The notes under the pieces: model-generated | The model's database searches: none | Told to the model about the DNA's origin: nothing | What the model saw: the letters and a program-made list of their open reading frames with translations, nothing else | Shown: piece by piece, positions 46,769 through 56,551 of the stretch | How the letters are laid out: every line of letters starts with the position of its first letter | Position numbering within the stretch: position 1 is the stretch's first letter | Translations under genes and position numbers: made by a program | NCBI GenBank assembly: GCA_021802705.1 | Contig: JAJZRL010000001.1 | Location: forward strand, 20,379 to 84,378 | From: a bacterium | GTDB lineage: Bacteria; Patescibacteriota; Minisyncoccia; Phycocordibacterales; Phycocordibacteraceae | Length of the DNA: 64,000 nt | Direction: 5' to 3'

Positions 46769-47641
46769 ATGGCGATACAAATACTCTGCGTCGCAGGACC
46801 AACCGCTTCGGGCAAATCCTCACGCGCGGTCGAAGAAGCGCTTGTGCGCGGCGGTGAGATTATTTCGGTCGATTCGCGGCAAGTGTATCGCGGGCTTGAT
46901 ATCGGAACTGAAAAAATAACCCATGAAGAGATGCGGGGTGTCCCGCACCACCTCATTGACATACGCGATCCGCGCGACGCTTATAGCGCCGGAGATTTCG
47001 TCAAAGATGCGACGCGGCTTATCAAAGACATCTCCGCGCGCAAGAAACTTCCCATCCTTGCAGGCGGGACGCATTTTTATTTTGATGCTTTACTGCGCGG
47101 TCTTCCGACGGATGTTGATGCGAATCCTGCGCTGCGTGCAGAACTCGAAAGACTTTCAAGCGAAGAATTGTATGCGCGGGTGGAGGCTGCTGACAAGCGC
47201 CGCGCGATCGAGCTTGATCCGCAGAATCGTCGGCGCCTCATCCGAGCTCTTGAGATTATCGAAACGAGAGGAGTCGTGCCACCGCGCGCCCAGAACGATG
47301 ACGGAGAGCCGCGTTATACGGTCGAATGGATCGTTATCGACCCGCCATGCGAAGAGTTGCGAGAAAAGATCGACGCGCGTCTCGCATCCGCAATAGCGCG
47401 CGGGCTCATCGATGAAGTACGGCGCGTGCGGGAGGAAGTTGGTGACGCCCGCTTGAACGAACTCGGCCTCGAATACCGAGTCACCGGTGAATTCCTCCGC
47501 TCGAACGTTGACTTGGCGGTTTCACCGCCAAGTCAGCTTGGCGGTGAAACCGCCAAGCTGCTCAATGCGTTGTCGGCAAAGCTCTGGCAGTATGCGCGTC
47601 GCCAGAAAGCATGGCTGCGCAAACTGGACCTCTCGAAATAG
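46769..47641 (+). CDS. miaA: tRNA dimethylallyltransferase
   Basis: GPTASGKS, DSRQVY, GGTHFY, RRLIRALE and YARRQ motifs. Confidence 0.95.
   Translation: MAIQILCVAGPTASGKSSRAVEEALVRGGEIISVDSRQVYRGLDIGTEKITHEEMRGVPHHLIDIRDPRDAYSAGDFVKDATRLIKDISARKKLPILAGGTHFYFDALLRGLPTDVDANPALRAELERLSSEELYARVEAADKRRAIELDPQNRRRLIRALEIIETRGVVPPRAQNDDGEPRYTVEWIVIDPPCEELREKIDARLASAIARGLIDEVRRVREEVGDARLNELGLEYRVTGEFLRSNVDLAVSPPSQLGGETAKLLNALSAKLWQYARRQKAWLRKLDLSK
47512..47557. repeat. Intragenic double palindrome in miaA
   Basis: CTTGGCGGTTTCACCGCCAAG + TCAG + its exact reverse complement. Confidence 0.9.
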
Positions 47642-47663
47642 ACGGGCTCGGGATCCGGTCTCC

Positions 47664-48224
47664 CTATTGCGGCAATACTGTCGCGCCCGGACAGAAACTG
47701 AAGCCGAGGTTCAGTCCCGAAAATTGCGAATTAACTCGGTCGGGCACGCTAACCATATAGTCGAGCTGGCACATCTGAGCCTGTGTAATACCGAGACGAT
47801 TCATAAGGTACTGCTCTGCCTGTAATCGCACCGATCCTATCGGCTCTTGCAAGAGAGCGATATTGAAATAATGCGTTGTACTGATGTAGGTGATGATGTA
47901 GGGAGGATTCGCCGTTGCGGTCGGATCGGGAACACCCTCGCTTACATGATATCCGAGATAATAATAGCCTGTATTAATAGGATCTTTTACCGTTGTCGGG
48001 TCAGTGATGAAATTATTAGTCTGTACGGTTGAAGAAGTGCCACCGCTCCCGGTAGCCAAACTATTCGGCTGAGGAACGGAAGCTGCTGTAGGTAATCCGA
48101 CATTTTGATTAGTTGAAGAATCGGCTGTCTGTGTTCTCGGTCCGGCAAACGTAAAGGCGAGCGTAGCAAGTCCGCCTGCCACGAGTATCCCGACAATGAT
48201 GATGATTGTGACTGGTTTACTCAT
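47664..48224 (-). CDS. Membrane-anchored exported hypothetical protein
   Basis: N-terminal transmembrane helix, S/T-rich linker, C-terminal domain with two Cys. Confidence 0.7.
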   Translation of the reverse strand: MSKPVTIIIIVGILVAGGLATLAFTFAGPRTQTADSSTNQNVGLPTAASVPQPNSLATGSGGTSSTVQTNNFITDPTTVKDPINTGYYYLGYHVSEGVPDPTATANPPYIITYISTTHYFNIALLQEPIGSVRLQAEQYLMNRLGITQAQMCQLDYMVSVPDRVNSQFSGLNLGFSFCPGATVLPQ

Positions 48225-48232
48225 ACTAATTA

Positions 48233-49126
48233 TTAAGGACCATACTGCTGTATGCAGGAGGCCGCTTTACTGTTGCAATTCGCGCAAGTCCAGTCCTTAT
48301 AGCCATTTTGTGATACTAATGTCTGTGCGACCTGTGCGTTACACGCCGCGTTCTGACAGCTTGAAAAGAAGTTGGAGCACGCACCTGTCGCGTATTTGTT
48401 CCAGGTTGTTTGTGTTATTTGAAAAGTGCCGCAGGCGGTCGAGTTAGAGCCGGGGTGCGTGGTGTTATAGGGAGGTGTACTAGGAATCCCAGAGCTCTCG
48501 GTCACCGCAATACAAGACATCACATTCGCTTGGGTCGCTGTAAACCCTGCCGCCTGCAAGGCTGCAGGACTGCATGCGGTATTGCCACTGGAACACTGTG
48601 CGAGAGTGCCGCCGCTTGGCGTGACGGTACTGCCGCTCACACTTACGCCTGACGGCGCTGTCGGTTGCGACACGGAACCGGCCTGAGGGAGACAAAACGG
48701 AGCGCCGCCAGAAGAGACGAGCGAGTACCAGGTGCCGCCGGCGGCCGCGGGGTTATAGAGCACCGCCATAACAGCGTCGACGATAAGCCACGCGGCGAGC
48801 GCAATGACGATACCGAGAATGGTGTTCAGCAAGATCGTCTTGGCACGGCCGATACCGTTCGGACTGAACGGATTTATAACATAGAGAAACCCGGCATACG
48901 CGATCATGATCGGAGCGACGAAAACGATGGCGAGCGTAATGAGGAGGCTTATGATGTTATTGACGACCGTCATGAGCATTCCCCAACCCGCGGGACAGGT
49001 GGCCTGGTTTGCGGTCTGGGGAATGATCGGACCGAAAAATGGTATCGCCGCATAGGCGAAATGCGGCAAAACAAACAATCCTATCGCAAAAACAGAAAGA
49101 AGAGTGGCGCGGAAGCGCATACGCAT
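48233..49126 (-). CDS. VirB2/TrbC-like pilin fused to a Cys-rich lysozyme/transglycosylase-like domain
   Basis: Signal peptide, pilin hairpin (MIAYAGFLY...AKTILLNTILGIVIALAAWLIV), then CIAVTESSG...ACGTFQITQTTW. Confidence 0.72.
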   Translation of the reverse strand: MRMRFRATLLSVFAIGLFVLPHFAYAAIPFFGPIIPQTANQATCPAGWGMLMTVVNNIISLLITLAIVFVAPIMIAYAGFLYVINPFSPNGIGRAKTILLNTILGIVIALAAWLIVDAVMAVLYNPAAAGGTWYSLVSSGGAPFCLPQAGSVSQPTAPSGVSVSGSTVTPSGGTLAQCSSGNTACSPAALQAAGFTATQANVMSCIAVTESSGIPSTPPYNTTHPGSNSTACGTFQITQTTWNKYATGACSNFFSSCQNAACNAQVAQTLVSQNGYKDWTCANCNSKAASCIQQYGP

Positions 49127-49215
49127 GTATATATAATACCGTATCGCAAAACCGCGCACGGCTTTTCCCCCACCCTTCTTTCTGCTATCGTTTCCTGGGT
49201 GAACGTAAATTATCC

Positions 49216-49289
49216 GGGCCTATAGTTTAGTGGCAGAACGTCGGTCTCCAAAACCGTCGGCCGAGGTTCGATTCCTCGTGGGCCCGCCA
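49216..49289 (+). tRNA. tRNA-Trp(CCA)
   Basis: Cloverleaf, loop CTCCAAA, encoded CCA. Confidence 0.93.
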
Positions 49290-49325
49290 ACAAATGCTCA
49301 TGCAAGTGTCATGGGGAGCGATTTT

Positions 49326-49360
49326 AAAAAACGAAACCGCTTACAAGAAGCGGTTTCGTT
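49326..49360. terminator. Terminator hairpin between convergent tRNA-Trp and rpmG
   Basis: AACGAAACCGCTT...AAGCGGTTTCGTT stem with an A-tract on the left. Confidence 0.65.
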
Positions 49361-49387
49361 GTCCCTGTTCGTGAACCTGTCCCTCCT

Positions 49388-49543
49388 TTATTTCTTTACC
49401 TCTTTGAAAGTAACGCGGGTGCGGAGCGTCGGGTCGAATTTAACAAGCTCTATCTTGCGCTCGACTTTCTTTTTGTTCTTACGAGTCCAGATGACGTGCT
49501 TCGATTTCGTGGACTTCAGTTTTATAAGGCGTTCTTGAGACAT
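49388..49543 (-). CDS. rpmG: 50S ribosomal protein L33 (Cys-free form)
   Basis: Not in the ORF track. Translation MSQERLIKLKSTKSKHVIWTRKNKKKVERKIELVKFDPTLRTRVTFKEVKK. Confidence 0.92.
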   Translation of the reverse strand: MSQERLIKLKSTKSKHVIWTRKNKKKVERKIELVKFDPTLRTRVTFKEVKK

Positions 49544-49586
49544 ACGAATATCCTAGCACGTTTATGAGGAACCGCCAACCGGAATC

Positions 49587-52262
49587 TTAAGCAGGGACCG
49601 TCTTAGCGGCACGCGATGCCTTCGATGCCCGTTTTTTCACTTCGAAATACGGTTCGCCGTTCTTTAAGGAGACGACCGCCGTACCGCCCTCCATGAGACC
49701 TTGCTCGACCATGAGCGAAGCGAGCGGATTGAGTATCCTCTCTTGGATCGTGCGCCGCAGCGGCCGGGCGCCGTACTGAGGATTGTACCCTTTCTCGGCA
49801 AGCCATTCCCGAACCTCCTGATCCACGGTGAAGCTGATGCGTTTCTGCGCGAGCCGTTTCACCACGTCTTCTATCTGGTTGTCGACGATTTTCGCAAGCG
49901 CTTCCTTCGCGAGAACGTCGAATATGATGATGTCGTCGAGCCGGTTGAGGAACTCGGGACGGAAATGCTCCTTCAGCTCATCCATCACCTTTTCTTTCGT
50001 CTCTTCATAGCGGGAGGATTCGGTCTCATCCGCCTTCCCGAAGCCGATGTGCGCAAGCCTGTCGATGAATTCCCCGCCGATGTTTGATGTGAGCACGATG
50101 ATGGTGTTCTTGAAATTCACCCTCCGACCCTTGCCGTCGGTGAGATGACCGGAATCAAGCACCTGGAGAAGTATGTTGAACACTTCCGGATGGGCTTTCT
50201 CGATCTCGTCGAAGAGCACCACCGCGTAAGGGCGGTGACGGATGCGCTCGGTGAGCGTCCCCGACTCTTCATAACCGACGTAGCCCGGCGGCGCGCCGAT
50301 GAGCTTCGCCACCGAATGCTTCTCCATGAATTCGCTCATGTCGACGCGGACGAGAGCGTCGGCGTCGTTAAACATGAACTCCGCGAGTTTCCTCGAGAGC
50401 TCCGTCTTCCCGACGCCGGTCGGGCCGAGGAAAAGAAACGAGCCGATAGGGCGGTTGGGATCGCTGATCCCGACGCGCGAACGCTTAACCGCGTCCGTAA
50501 CCTTCCTGACCGCATCATCCTGGCCGATAATGCCCTGCTTGAGCGCGTCTTCCATGCGCGTAAGCTTTGCGGCCTCTTCTTCGAGCATCTTGGCGACCGG
50601 AATGCCCGTCCAGCGGGAGACGACCGCTGCGATGTCTTGCTCGGTAACCTCTTCGTTCAACACGCGCCGCGATTTCTGGAGGGTCTTCAAGCGCTTGAGC
50701 TTCGTTTCGAGGTCTTTCTGGATATGCGGGATCCGGCCGTAACGGATCTCTGCGACGGTTCCGAGATCGGCGGCGATTTCAGCATTATCAGCCTGCATCT
50801 TCAGAGCTTCGAGCTCTTTTTTCGCCGTACGGATGCCTTCGAGGACTTCTTTCTCGTTCTTCCACTTGAGCTCGAGCTCGCCGGTCTTCTCTTTGAGGTC
50901 CGCTGTCTCCTTGTCGATAAGCTTGATACGCTCTTTTATCTCCTTTCCGTGTTCGCCTTCCATGTCTTTCTGAAGCGCCTGCCGCTCTATCTCAAGCCGA
51001 CGGATCTTACGGTCGGTCTCTTCGAGAAGCGGGGGCTTGTTTTCAAGCGCGATGCGCAATCCGGAAGCCGCTTCGTCGACGAGATCGATGGCCTTATCGG
51101 GCAGGAAACGATCGCTGATGTAGCGAGCAGAGAGCTCGACAGCAGCAACGATGGCGCCGTCAGTGATGCGCACGCCATGAAAAAGCTCGTATTTGTCGCG
51201 CAAACCGCGCAAGATGGCGACCCCGTCCTCGACGGAAGGTTCCTGCACGAACACTGACTGGAAACGACGCGTGAGCGCAGCGTCCTTCTCGATATATTTC
51301 TGGTATTCCTTGAGCGTCGTCGCGCCAATGATGCGGATCTCGCCGCGCGAAAGGGCGGGCTTGAGCATATTGGATGCATCGAGCGAACCTTCGGCGCCTC
51401 CGGCTCCGACGAGCGTATGGAGCTCATCGACAAAGAGGATGATGTTTTCCGCGCGCTCCACTTCTTTCATCACGTTTTTCATGCGCTCTTCGAATTCGCC
51501 GCGATATTTCGTGCCGGCGATCATGAGTCCGAGGTCGAGCGAGAGGAGCTCTTTGCCTCGAAGCGACTCGGGAACGTCCTGGACCGCCATGCGCGCAGCG
51601 AGTCCTTCCGCGATCGCGGTCTTCCCGACTCCCGCTTCTCCGATAAGCACGGGGTTGTTCTTGGTGCGACGCGCAAGGATCTGGATCACGCGGTTGATCT
51701 CGATATCGCGCCCGATGACCGGATCGAGCTTATTCTCGGCAGCGAGCTTGGTGAGATTACGCGCGTACTTCGCAAGAGAACGGAAACGTTTCGGTTCCGC
51801 CGCCTGTCCGTCTTTCGAGCTCTTGATCTCCTTAAGGACGGCGAGCGCGGAATCGCGGGTTATTGAAAATCGCGCGAGTATATCGGCCGCCGGGCCGGGA
51901 AATTCGACGACCGCAAGGAAGAGATGTTCGGTACCGACGAAAGCCTCGTTCATGCGTGCGGCGATTTTTCCCGAAGCTTCGAGTGCTTGCGCGAGGTCGG
52001 GTGTGAGATAGATCTGATACGACGGCGAGAGCACGGAGGCGCTTTCGGGAGCCTCAAGATGTTCGAGTATCGAATCAGTAAGCAGAGCGGTATCGATCTC
52101 CATGCGGTCGAGCATGGAGAAAACGAGCGACTCTTCCTGCAGCACGAGCGCCGCGAGAAGATGGAGCGGCGAAACGTGGTTCTGGCCGCGTTCTATGGCA
52201 AGCTCATGCGCACGGCGCACGGCCTCTTTTGCTTTGGTAGTGAAATTAGTGAAGGGAGGCAT
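49587..52262 (-). CDS. clpB: Chaperone ClpB
   Basis: Clp N domain, two AAA modules (GEAGVGKT, GPTGVGKT), long coiled-coil M domain, GARPLRR. Confidence 0.93.
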   Translation of the reverse strand: MPPFTNFTTKAKEAVRRAHELAIERGQNHVSPLHLLAALVLQEESLVFSMLDRMEIDTALLTDSILEHLEAPESASVLSPSYQIYLTPDLAQALEASGKIAARMNEAFVGTEHLFLAVVEFPGPAADILARFSITRDSALAVLKEIKSSKDGQAAEPKRFRSLAKYARNLTKLAAENKLDPVIGRDIEINRVIQILARRTKNNPVLIGEAGVGKTAIAEGLAARMAVQDVPESLRGKELLSLDLGLMIAGTKYRGEFEERMKNVMKEVERAENIILFVDELHTLVGAGGAEGSLDASNMLKPALSRGEIRIIGATTLKEYQKYIEKDAALTRRFQSVFVQEPSVEDGVAILRGLRDKYELFHGVRITDGAIVAAVELSARYISDRFLPDKAIDLVDEAASGLRIALENKPPLLEETDRKIRRLEIERQALQKDMEGEHGKEIKERIKLIDKETADLKEKTGELELKWKNEKEVLEGIRTAKKELEALKMQADNAEIAADLGTVAEIRYGRIPHIQKDLETKLKRLKTLQKSRRVLNEEVTEQDIAAVVSRWTGIPVAKMLEEEAAKLTRMEDALKQGIIGQDDAVRKVTDAVKRSRVGISDPNRPIGSFLFLGPTGVGKTELSRKLAEFMFNDADALVRVDMSEFMEKHSVAKLIGAPPGYVGYEESGTLTERIRHRPYAVVLFDEIEKAHPEVFNILLQVLDSGHLTDGKGRRVNFKNTIIVLTSNIGGEFIDRLAHIGFGKADETESSRYEETKEKVMDELKEHFRPEFLNRLDDIIIFDVLAKEALAKIVDNQIEDVVKRLAQKRISFTVDQEVREWLAEKGYNPQYGARPLRRTIQERILNPLASLMVEQGLMEGGTAVVSLKNGEPYFEVKKRASKASRAAKTVPA

Positions 52263-52276
52263 GGCGGTTAAGGTGA

Positions 52277-53050
52277 TTAAGAAGATGTTGCGGTGGTTGA
52301 TGTTGCGGTGGTGGATGTCGCAGTGAGGAGCGCGGCTATCGCGTCTGCGGGGATGAGGAGGCCGGAAGACGCGCCGGCACCGATGCCGATAAGGTTGCCT
52401 GAGAGGTCGACGGCGCCGCTCCCTGCTCCGATATCCGGAAGCGTAGTATGTACGCTCTTCTCGCTTACCCGGGAAACGATGCCGGTCGCCGCAAATCCGT
52501 CGGCGCCTATGGCAAGCGCCGTCTCACCGAGCTTCAAGTCGCTTCCGGGGACGAGGGTCGAGGCATGCACTTTCGGGAGTTTCGCGGTATCGGCAAAACC
52601 GTAAATCGCGATGCCTTTTCCATCTCGCGAGAGCGACGCTGGATCGTACGAATTATCGGAGAACTCGACGAGAACGTCTTTCGGGAGGGCGTCTTGTGCC
52701 GCGGTAACGACGGCCCGCGCGTTCGGAAGATACGTCCCTACCGCGAGTGCCGGCGTCGATGTTCCATCCTTTGCGGAATACAGGGCGACAACGCGTTCCG
52801 CGTCTGATGCGAGAGCTGCCGTAACAAGGTCCTGAGTGGACGGTGCAGGAGCGGAAATGACGGCTGCCGGAGCAGCCTGAGCGACTGTCTCGATCGTGTG
52901 CTCGACGACACGGTTCACGGTCTGCGTAACGAAAGCCGGAGCATGATCGAGCAGCGAAACGGTCAGGATGCCGGTCGCTATCGACGTGACAAAATTCACG
53001 AGAATCGTGAGCAGTATGAGTTGGGATTTTGAGAGTTCCTCGATGTTCAT
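52277..53050 (-). CDS. Membrane-anchored trypsin-like/HtrA-like protein, catalytic motif apparently degenerate
   Basis: N-terminal transmembrane helix, LKLGETALAIG and GSGAVDLSGNLIGI resembling the GNSGGP..GI region. Confidence 0.55.
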   Translation of the reverse strand: MNIEELSKSQLILLTILVNFVTSIATGILTVSLLDHAPAFVTQTVNRVVEHTIETVAQAAPAAVISAPAPSTQDLVTAALASDAERVVALYSAKDGTSTPALAVGTYLPNARAVVTAAQDALPKDVLVEFSDNSYDPASLSRDGKGIAIYGFADTAKLPKVHASTLVPGSDLKLGETALAIGADGFAATGIVSRVSEKSVHTTLPDIGAGSGAVDLSGNLIGIGAGASSGLLIPADAIAALLTATSTTATSTTATSS

Positions 53051-53071
53051 AAGAAGTTACTCATAATGATG

Positions 53072-54208
53072 CTACCGACTCTCCTTTGTGTCAATAAACG
53101 CAACTGCCTGCGCAAGCGCACGGGAAAAACGCATGAGGTCGCGCGGACGGGTGCGGGGACCCCACGAGATACGCAGCGTCGTCCGAGCCCGTTCCCTATC
53201 GCCGGTCAAAGCGAAAACCGCACGCGAACCCTCCTCGGAATCAGTCTCGCAGGCGCTCCTCGATGAAACGGCAAAGCCAGCCTCATCAAGGAGCGCCAGA
53301 AGATAGTCGGTGTCTCGCCCCGGAAGAGCGAGATTGAGGATGTTCGGCGCTTGCAGACGTCCCTCTTGTATATATACGTCAGGTATGGCGTTCGTGATGT
53401 GTTCAACGACCCGTACCCGCTCGCGCAGGGCGGCAAAACGGAATGCTGCGCGGCCGGCAACGGCCGCTTCGAGAGAGCGCACGAAAGACTCGGCGAGATC
53501 GGGCGTTCCGGATCCCGGACGGAGACCTCGCTCTTGTCCGCCGCCTCGATAGAAAGGAGTCATCGGAATCGTACGGTGCGCGATCAAAGCGCCGATGCCG
53601 CGCGTCTTTCCGACTTTCGAAGCGTCAAACGTAAGCACATCCGCCCCGAAGTGCGCGCGTGAGATCTTTTCGGTAAGAGGCGCTTGGCTCGCGTCGACAT
53701 GGAGGAGCGCTCGCGGAACGCCATCGCCGTCGTGTGATTTTCGTAGCGTTTCCGCGACTTCGCGCGTATTCCACACCACCCCCGTCTCTCCGCACACCGC
53801 ATCCATGGAGACGAGGACGGTCCCCTTCCGCAACATTTTCGCGAGAACGTCGGTATCGACACGAGCATCCCGTATCGGCAGTTCGTCGACTTCAGCCCCC
53901 TCTTCGGCGAGAATGCGCATGTTCTCGACGATCGAGGCGTGCGCGCTTGGCAGATAGAGTATATGGATGTCTTTTTTGCCAGCCTTCCGCAGTGCCCGGA
54001 CGTGTCCGATGATTGCAAGAGCGTTCGCCTCGGTCGCGCCGCTCGTGAAGATGACGTCATCGGGCTTCGCCTCGACGAGCCGCGCGAGCCTCGTCCTCGC
54101 TCCTTCGAGCGCCTTCTTTGCATGACGGCCTTCTTCATGCGCCGACGAAGGATTTCCGACCTCTCCCGATGCGTAGTCGAGATATACCCGTCTCGCCATG
54201 AACGACAT
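53072..54208 (-). CDS. Cysteine desulfurase (IscS/NifS) family aminotransferase V
   Basis: YLDYAS, GNPSS, FTSGATEAN, HVDASQ, GGGQERGLRPG and SAC motifs. Confidence 0.85.
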   Translation of the reverse strand: MSFMARRVYLDYASGEVGNPSSAHEEGRHAKKALEGARTRLARLVEAKPDDVIFTSGATEANALAIIGHVRALRKAGKKDIHILYLPSAHASIVENMRILAEEGAEVDELPIRDARVDTDVLAKMLRKGTVLVSMDAVCGETGVVWNTREVAETLRKSHDGDGVPRALLHVDASQAPLTEKISRAHFGADVLTFDASKVGKTRGIGALIAHRTIPMTPFYRGGGQERGLRPGSGTPDLAESFVRSLEAAVAGRAAFRFAALRERVRVVEHITNAIPDVYIQEGRLQAPNILNLALPGRDTDYLLALLDEAGFAVSSRSACETDSEEGSRAVFALTGDRERARTTLRISWGPRTRPRDLMRFSRALAQAVAFIDTKESR

Positions 54209-54266
54209 GCGTTCATTCTACGATACGATTGCAATCATGCAATTTCCGTGATGAAATAGGGACGCT

Positions 54267-55730
54267 ATGGCACGAGAGACACGGCCGCCCGTCATTGCGG
54301 TGATGGGCCATATAGATCATGGGAAGTCATCGCTCCTGGACTACATCCGAAAAACGAATGTCGTCGCCGACGAGGCTGGCGGCATCACGCAGCACGTCGC
54401 CGCGTATATCGCCAAGCATGACGGCCGATCGGTCACGTTTCTCGACACGCCCGGGCACGAGGCGTTCAAGGCGCTCCGCGCGCGCGGCGCGGCAGCTGCG
54501 GATATCGCGATACTCGTCGTTGCAGCAGACGAAGGCGTGATGCCACAGACCCTCGACGCGCTTACGGCGATCAAAGAGGCGGAGATCCCGTTTATCGTCG
54601 CGATAACTAAAATCGACAAGAACAACGCGGATGTAGAGCGCGCAAAGACGTCATTGCTCGAGCATGAGATATTCCTCGAGGGAGTGGGAGGCGATGTCGC
54701 GTACGCGCCGGTATCATCGAAAACCGGCGAAGGGGTGTCGGATCTGCTTGATCTCGTCCTGCTGGCCGCCGACCTTACGGAGATAACCGCTGACCCCGCC
54801 TTGCCTGCGACCGGTTTCGTCCTCGAGTCGACACAAGACCCGAAGCGCGGGGCATCAGCGACGCTTGTCGTGAAAGACGGGACGCTCGACGTCGGGGGCT
54901 TCATCGTCGCCGGCGACGCCTACGCGCCGGTTCGTTTTATCGAAGATTTCAGGGGGAAACGTATCGAGCACGCCTACCCTTCGGAACCGGCGCACGTTTC
55001 GGGATTCAGCAAGCTGCCTCCTTCCGGCACCCTGTTCAGCATCGTAAAAAACAAAAAGGAAGCGGAAGCGCTCGCAGCAGAAGGCGCAGGGACGCTAAAA
55101 ACGAAACAGCACGAAGCAGCCAGGGACGGTATAACGCTTCCGCTCGTCGTGAAGGCGGATGTCGCGGGATCAGTCGACGCGATCGTTCATGAGCTGGCCA
55201 AAATCACGCACGAGCGCGCCTCTATCCATATCGTCGCTTCAGGTGTCGGTAACGTGTCCGAAAACGATGTTAAGGTCGCGCACGCTGCGCTCGGAATGAT
55301 TCTCGCCTTCAATGTCGGCACGGATCCCATCGCGCGAGAGCTTGCCGAACGTAACGGAGTTCAGATCCTCCCCTTCTCCATCATTTACGAGATGTCTGAA
55401 AAGATCGCAGAACTTCTCAAGGAGCGCGCGCCGAAAGTCTCGACAGAAAAAGAGCTTGGGCGTGCCACCGTAGCGCAAACGTTCTCTTCGAGCGCTAAAA
55501 AGCAGGTGCTCGGCGCGCGCTACCGTTCCGGCGTGTTTTCAGTCGGGAATCAGGTGAAGATGCTGCGCAAGGGCGTCGAGATCGCGCGCGGCAGCGTTAC
55601 GAACCTCCAGCAAGCGCGCGCGAACGTAAAGGAGATAAAGACCGAGGGCGATTTTGGCATCGAGATCGAAGCTCGTGAAAGTGCGGCACAAAATGACGAG
55701 ATCGTCGCGTTTACCGTAACGGAATCATGA
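54267..55730 (+). CDS. infB: Translation initiation factor IF-2 (short form)
   Basis: RPPVIAVMGHIDHGKS, GGITQH, DTPGH and KADVAGS motifs. Confidence 0.95.
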   Translation: MARETRPPVIAVMGHIDHGKSSLLDYIRKTNVVADEAGGITQHVAAYIAKHDGRSVTFLDTPGHEAFKALRARGAAAADIAILVVAADEGVMPQTLDALTAIKEAEIPFIVAITKIDKNNADVERAKTSLLEHEIFLEGVGGDVAYAPVSSKTGEGVSDLLDLVLLAADLTEITADPALPATGFVLESTQDPKRGASATLVVKDGTLDVGGFIVAGDAYAPVRFIEDFRGKRIEHAYPSEPAHVSGFSKLPPSGTLFSIVKNKKEAEALAAEGAGTLKTKQHEAARDGITLPLVVKADVAGSVDAIVHELAKITHERASIHIVASGVGNVSENDVKVAHAALGMILAFNVGTDPIARELAERNGVQILPFSIIYEMSEKIAELLKERAPKVSTEKELGRATVAQTFSSSAKKQVLGARYRSGVFSVGNQVKMLRKGVEIARGSVTNLQQARANVKEIKTEGDFGIEIEARESAAQNDEIVAFTVTES

Positions 55731-56056
55731 CAGGAACAGCTCGCCAAAAGGAAAACCGGCATACTTCCCGCGCGACCGAGGTCATCGCGCGGGAAGCTGC
55801 GCAATTCATCGCGCGGGAAGCGGGGACCGAGTCTCTCATTACCGTCATCCGCGCGGCGGCAGCGCCGCGCGGCGAGACGATCAATGTTTTCGTAAGCGTC
55901 TTCCCCGAGGAAAAATCCTCCGCGGCGCTCGCGCTGCTCTCCCGCAAACGAGAGGCGTTCTCGGATCATCTGAAATCTTATGCGCGACTGCGCCCGCTAC
56001 CGCGCGTCGACTTCCTCCTTGATAACCGCGAACGATTAGACGAAGCGGGACAATAG
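55727..56056 (+). CDS. rbfA: Ribosome-binding factor A
   Basis: Follows infB with a 4-nt overlap; LITV...VFVSVFP...LRPLPRVDF pattern. Confidence 0.75.
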   Translation: MTGTARQKENRHTSRATEVIAREAAQFIAREAGTESLITVIRAAAAPRGETINVFVSVFPEEKSSAALALLSRKREAFSDHLKSYARLRPLPRVDFLLDNRERLDEAGQ

Positions 56057-56074
56057 TCGTACTATCTTCAACAA

Positions 56075-56147
56075 GGCCCGGTGGTGAAGTGGTAACACGA
56101 CGATCTGCAAAATCGTTATTGCGCGGGTTCGATTCCCGCCCGGGCCT
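56075..56147 (+). tRNA. tRNA-Cys(GCA)
   Basis: Anticodon arm ACGAT-CTGCAAA-ATCGT, U73. Confidence 0.93.
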
Positions 56148-56157
56148 CTCGTGCGAT

Positions 56158-56246
56158 GCCGAGGTGGCGGAATGGTAGACGCACCGGGCTTAAAACCCGG
56201 AGATGGCCTAAAAACCTTCATGTGGGTTCGAGTCCCACCCTCGGTA
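56158..56246 (+). tRNA. tRNA-Leu(TAA)
   Basis: Anticodon arm CCGGG-CTTAAAA-CCCGG, long variable arm. Confidence 0.93.
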
Positions 56247-56262
56247 CTCTCTTCGATTCCGG

Positions 56263-56335
56263 TGCGCCTACCTGGGCTCGAACCAGGGACCGTCTCCTTA
56301 AGAGGGAGCTGCTCTACCGACTGAGCTATAGGCGC
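56263..56335 (-). tRNA. tRNA-Lys(CTT)
   Basis: GCGCCTATAGCTCAGTCGGTAGAGC, loop CTCTTAA. Confidence 0.93.
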
Positions 56336-56387
56336 GGAACGTGAGCACGTAAGAGAAATATAGCAGAACGTAGTATCGTTTCAATAT

Positions 56388-56469
56388 GCTGGGGTGGCGA
56401 AACCGGTAGACGCACGAGCCTTAGGAGCTCGCGGGGCAACCCATGGAGGTTCGAGTCCTCTCCCCAGCA
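56388..56469 (+). tRNA. tRNA-Leu(TAG)
   Basis: Anticodon arm CGAGC-CTTAGGA-GCTCG, variable arm GGGCAACCC. Confidence 0.95.
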
Positions 56470-56551
56470 CCTTGACTTTTATATGTTTTTGTGAGATGCT
56501 TAAAGCGGAAAGAAGTTCGTTCCATCTTCAAACTTCGATAGGAGAAACATC

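Noticed and set aside
43281-55730. Short RelA/SpoT and IF-2 (also UvrC) as pseudogenes
   Set aside because: Catalytic motifs are intact and frames uninterrupted; shortened forms fit a streamlined CPR genome.
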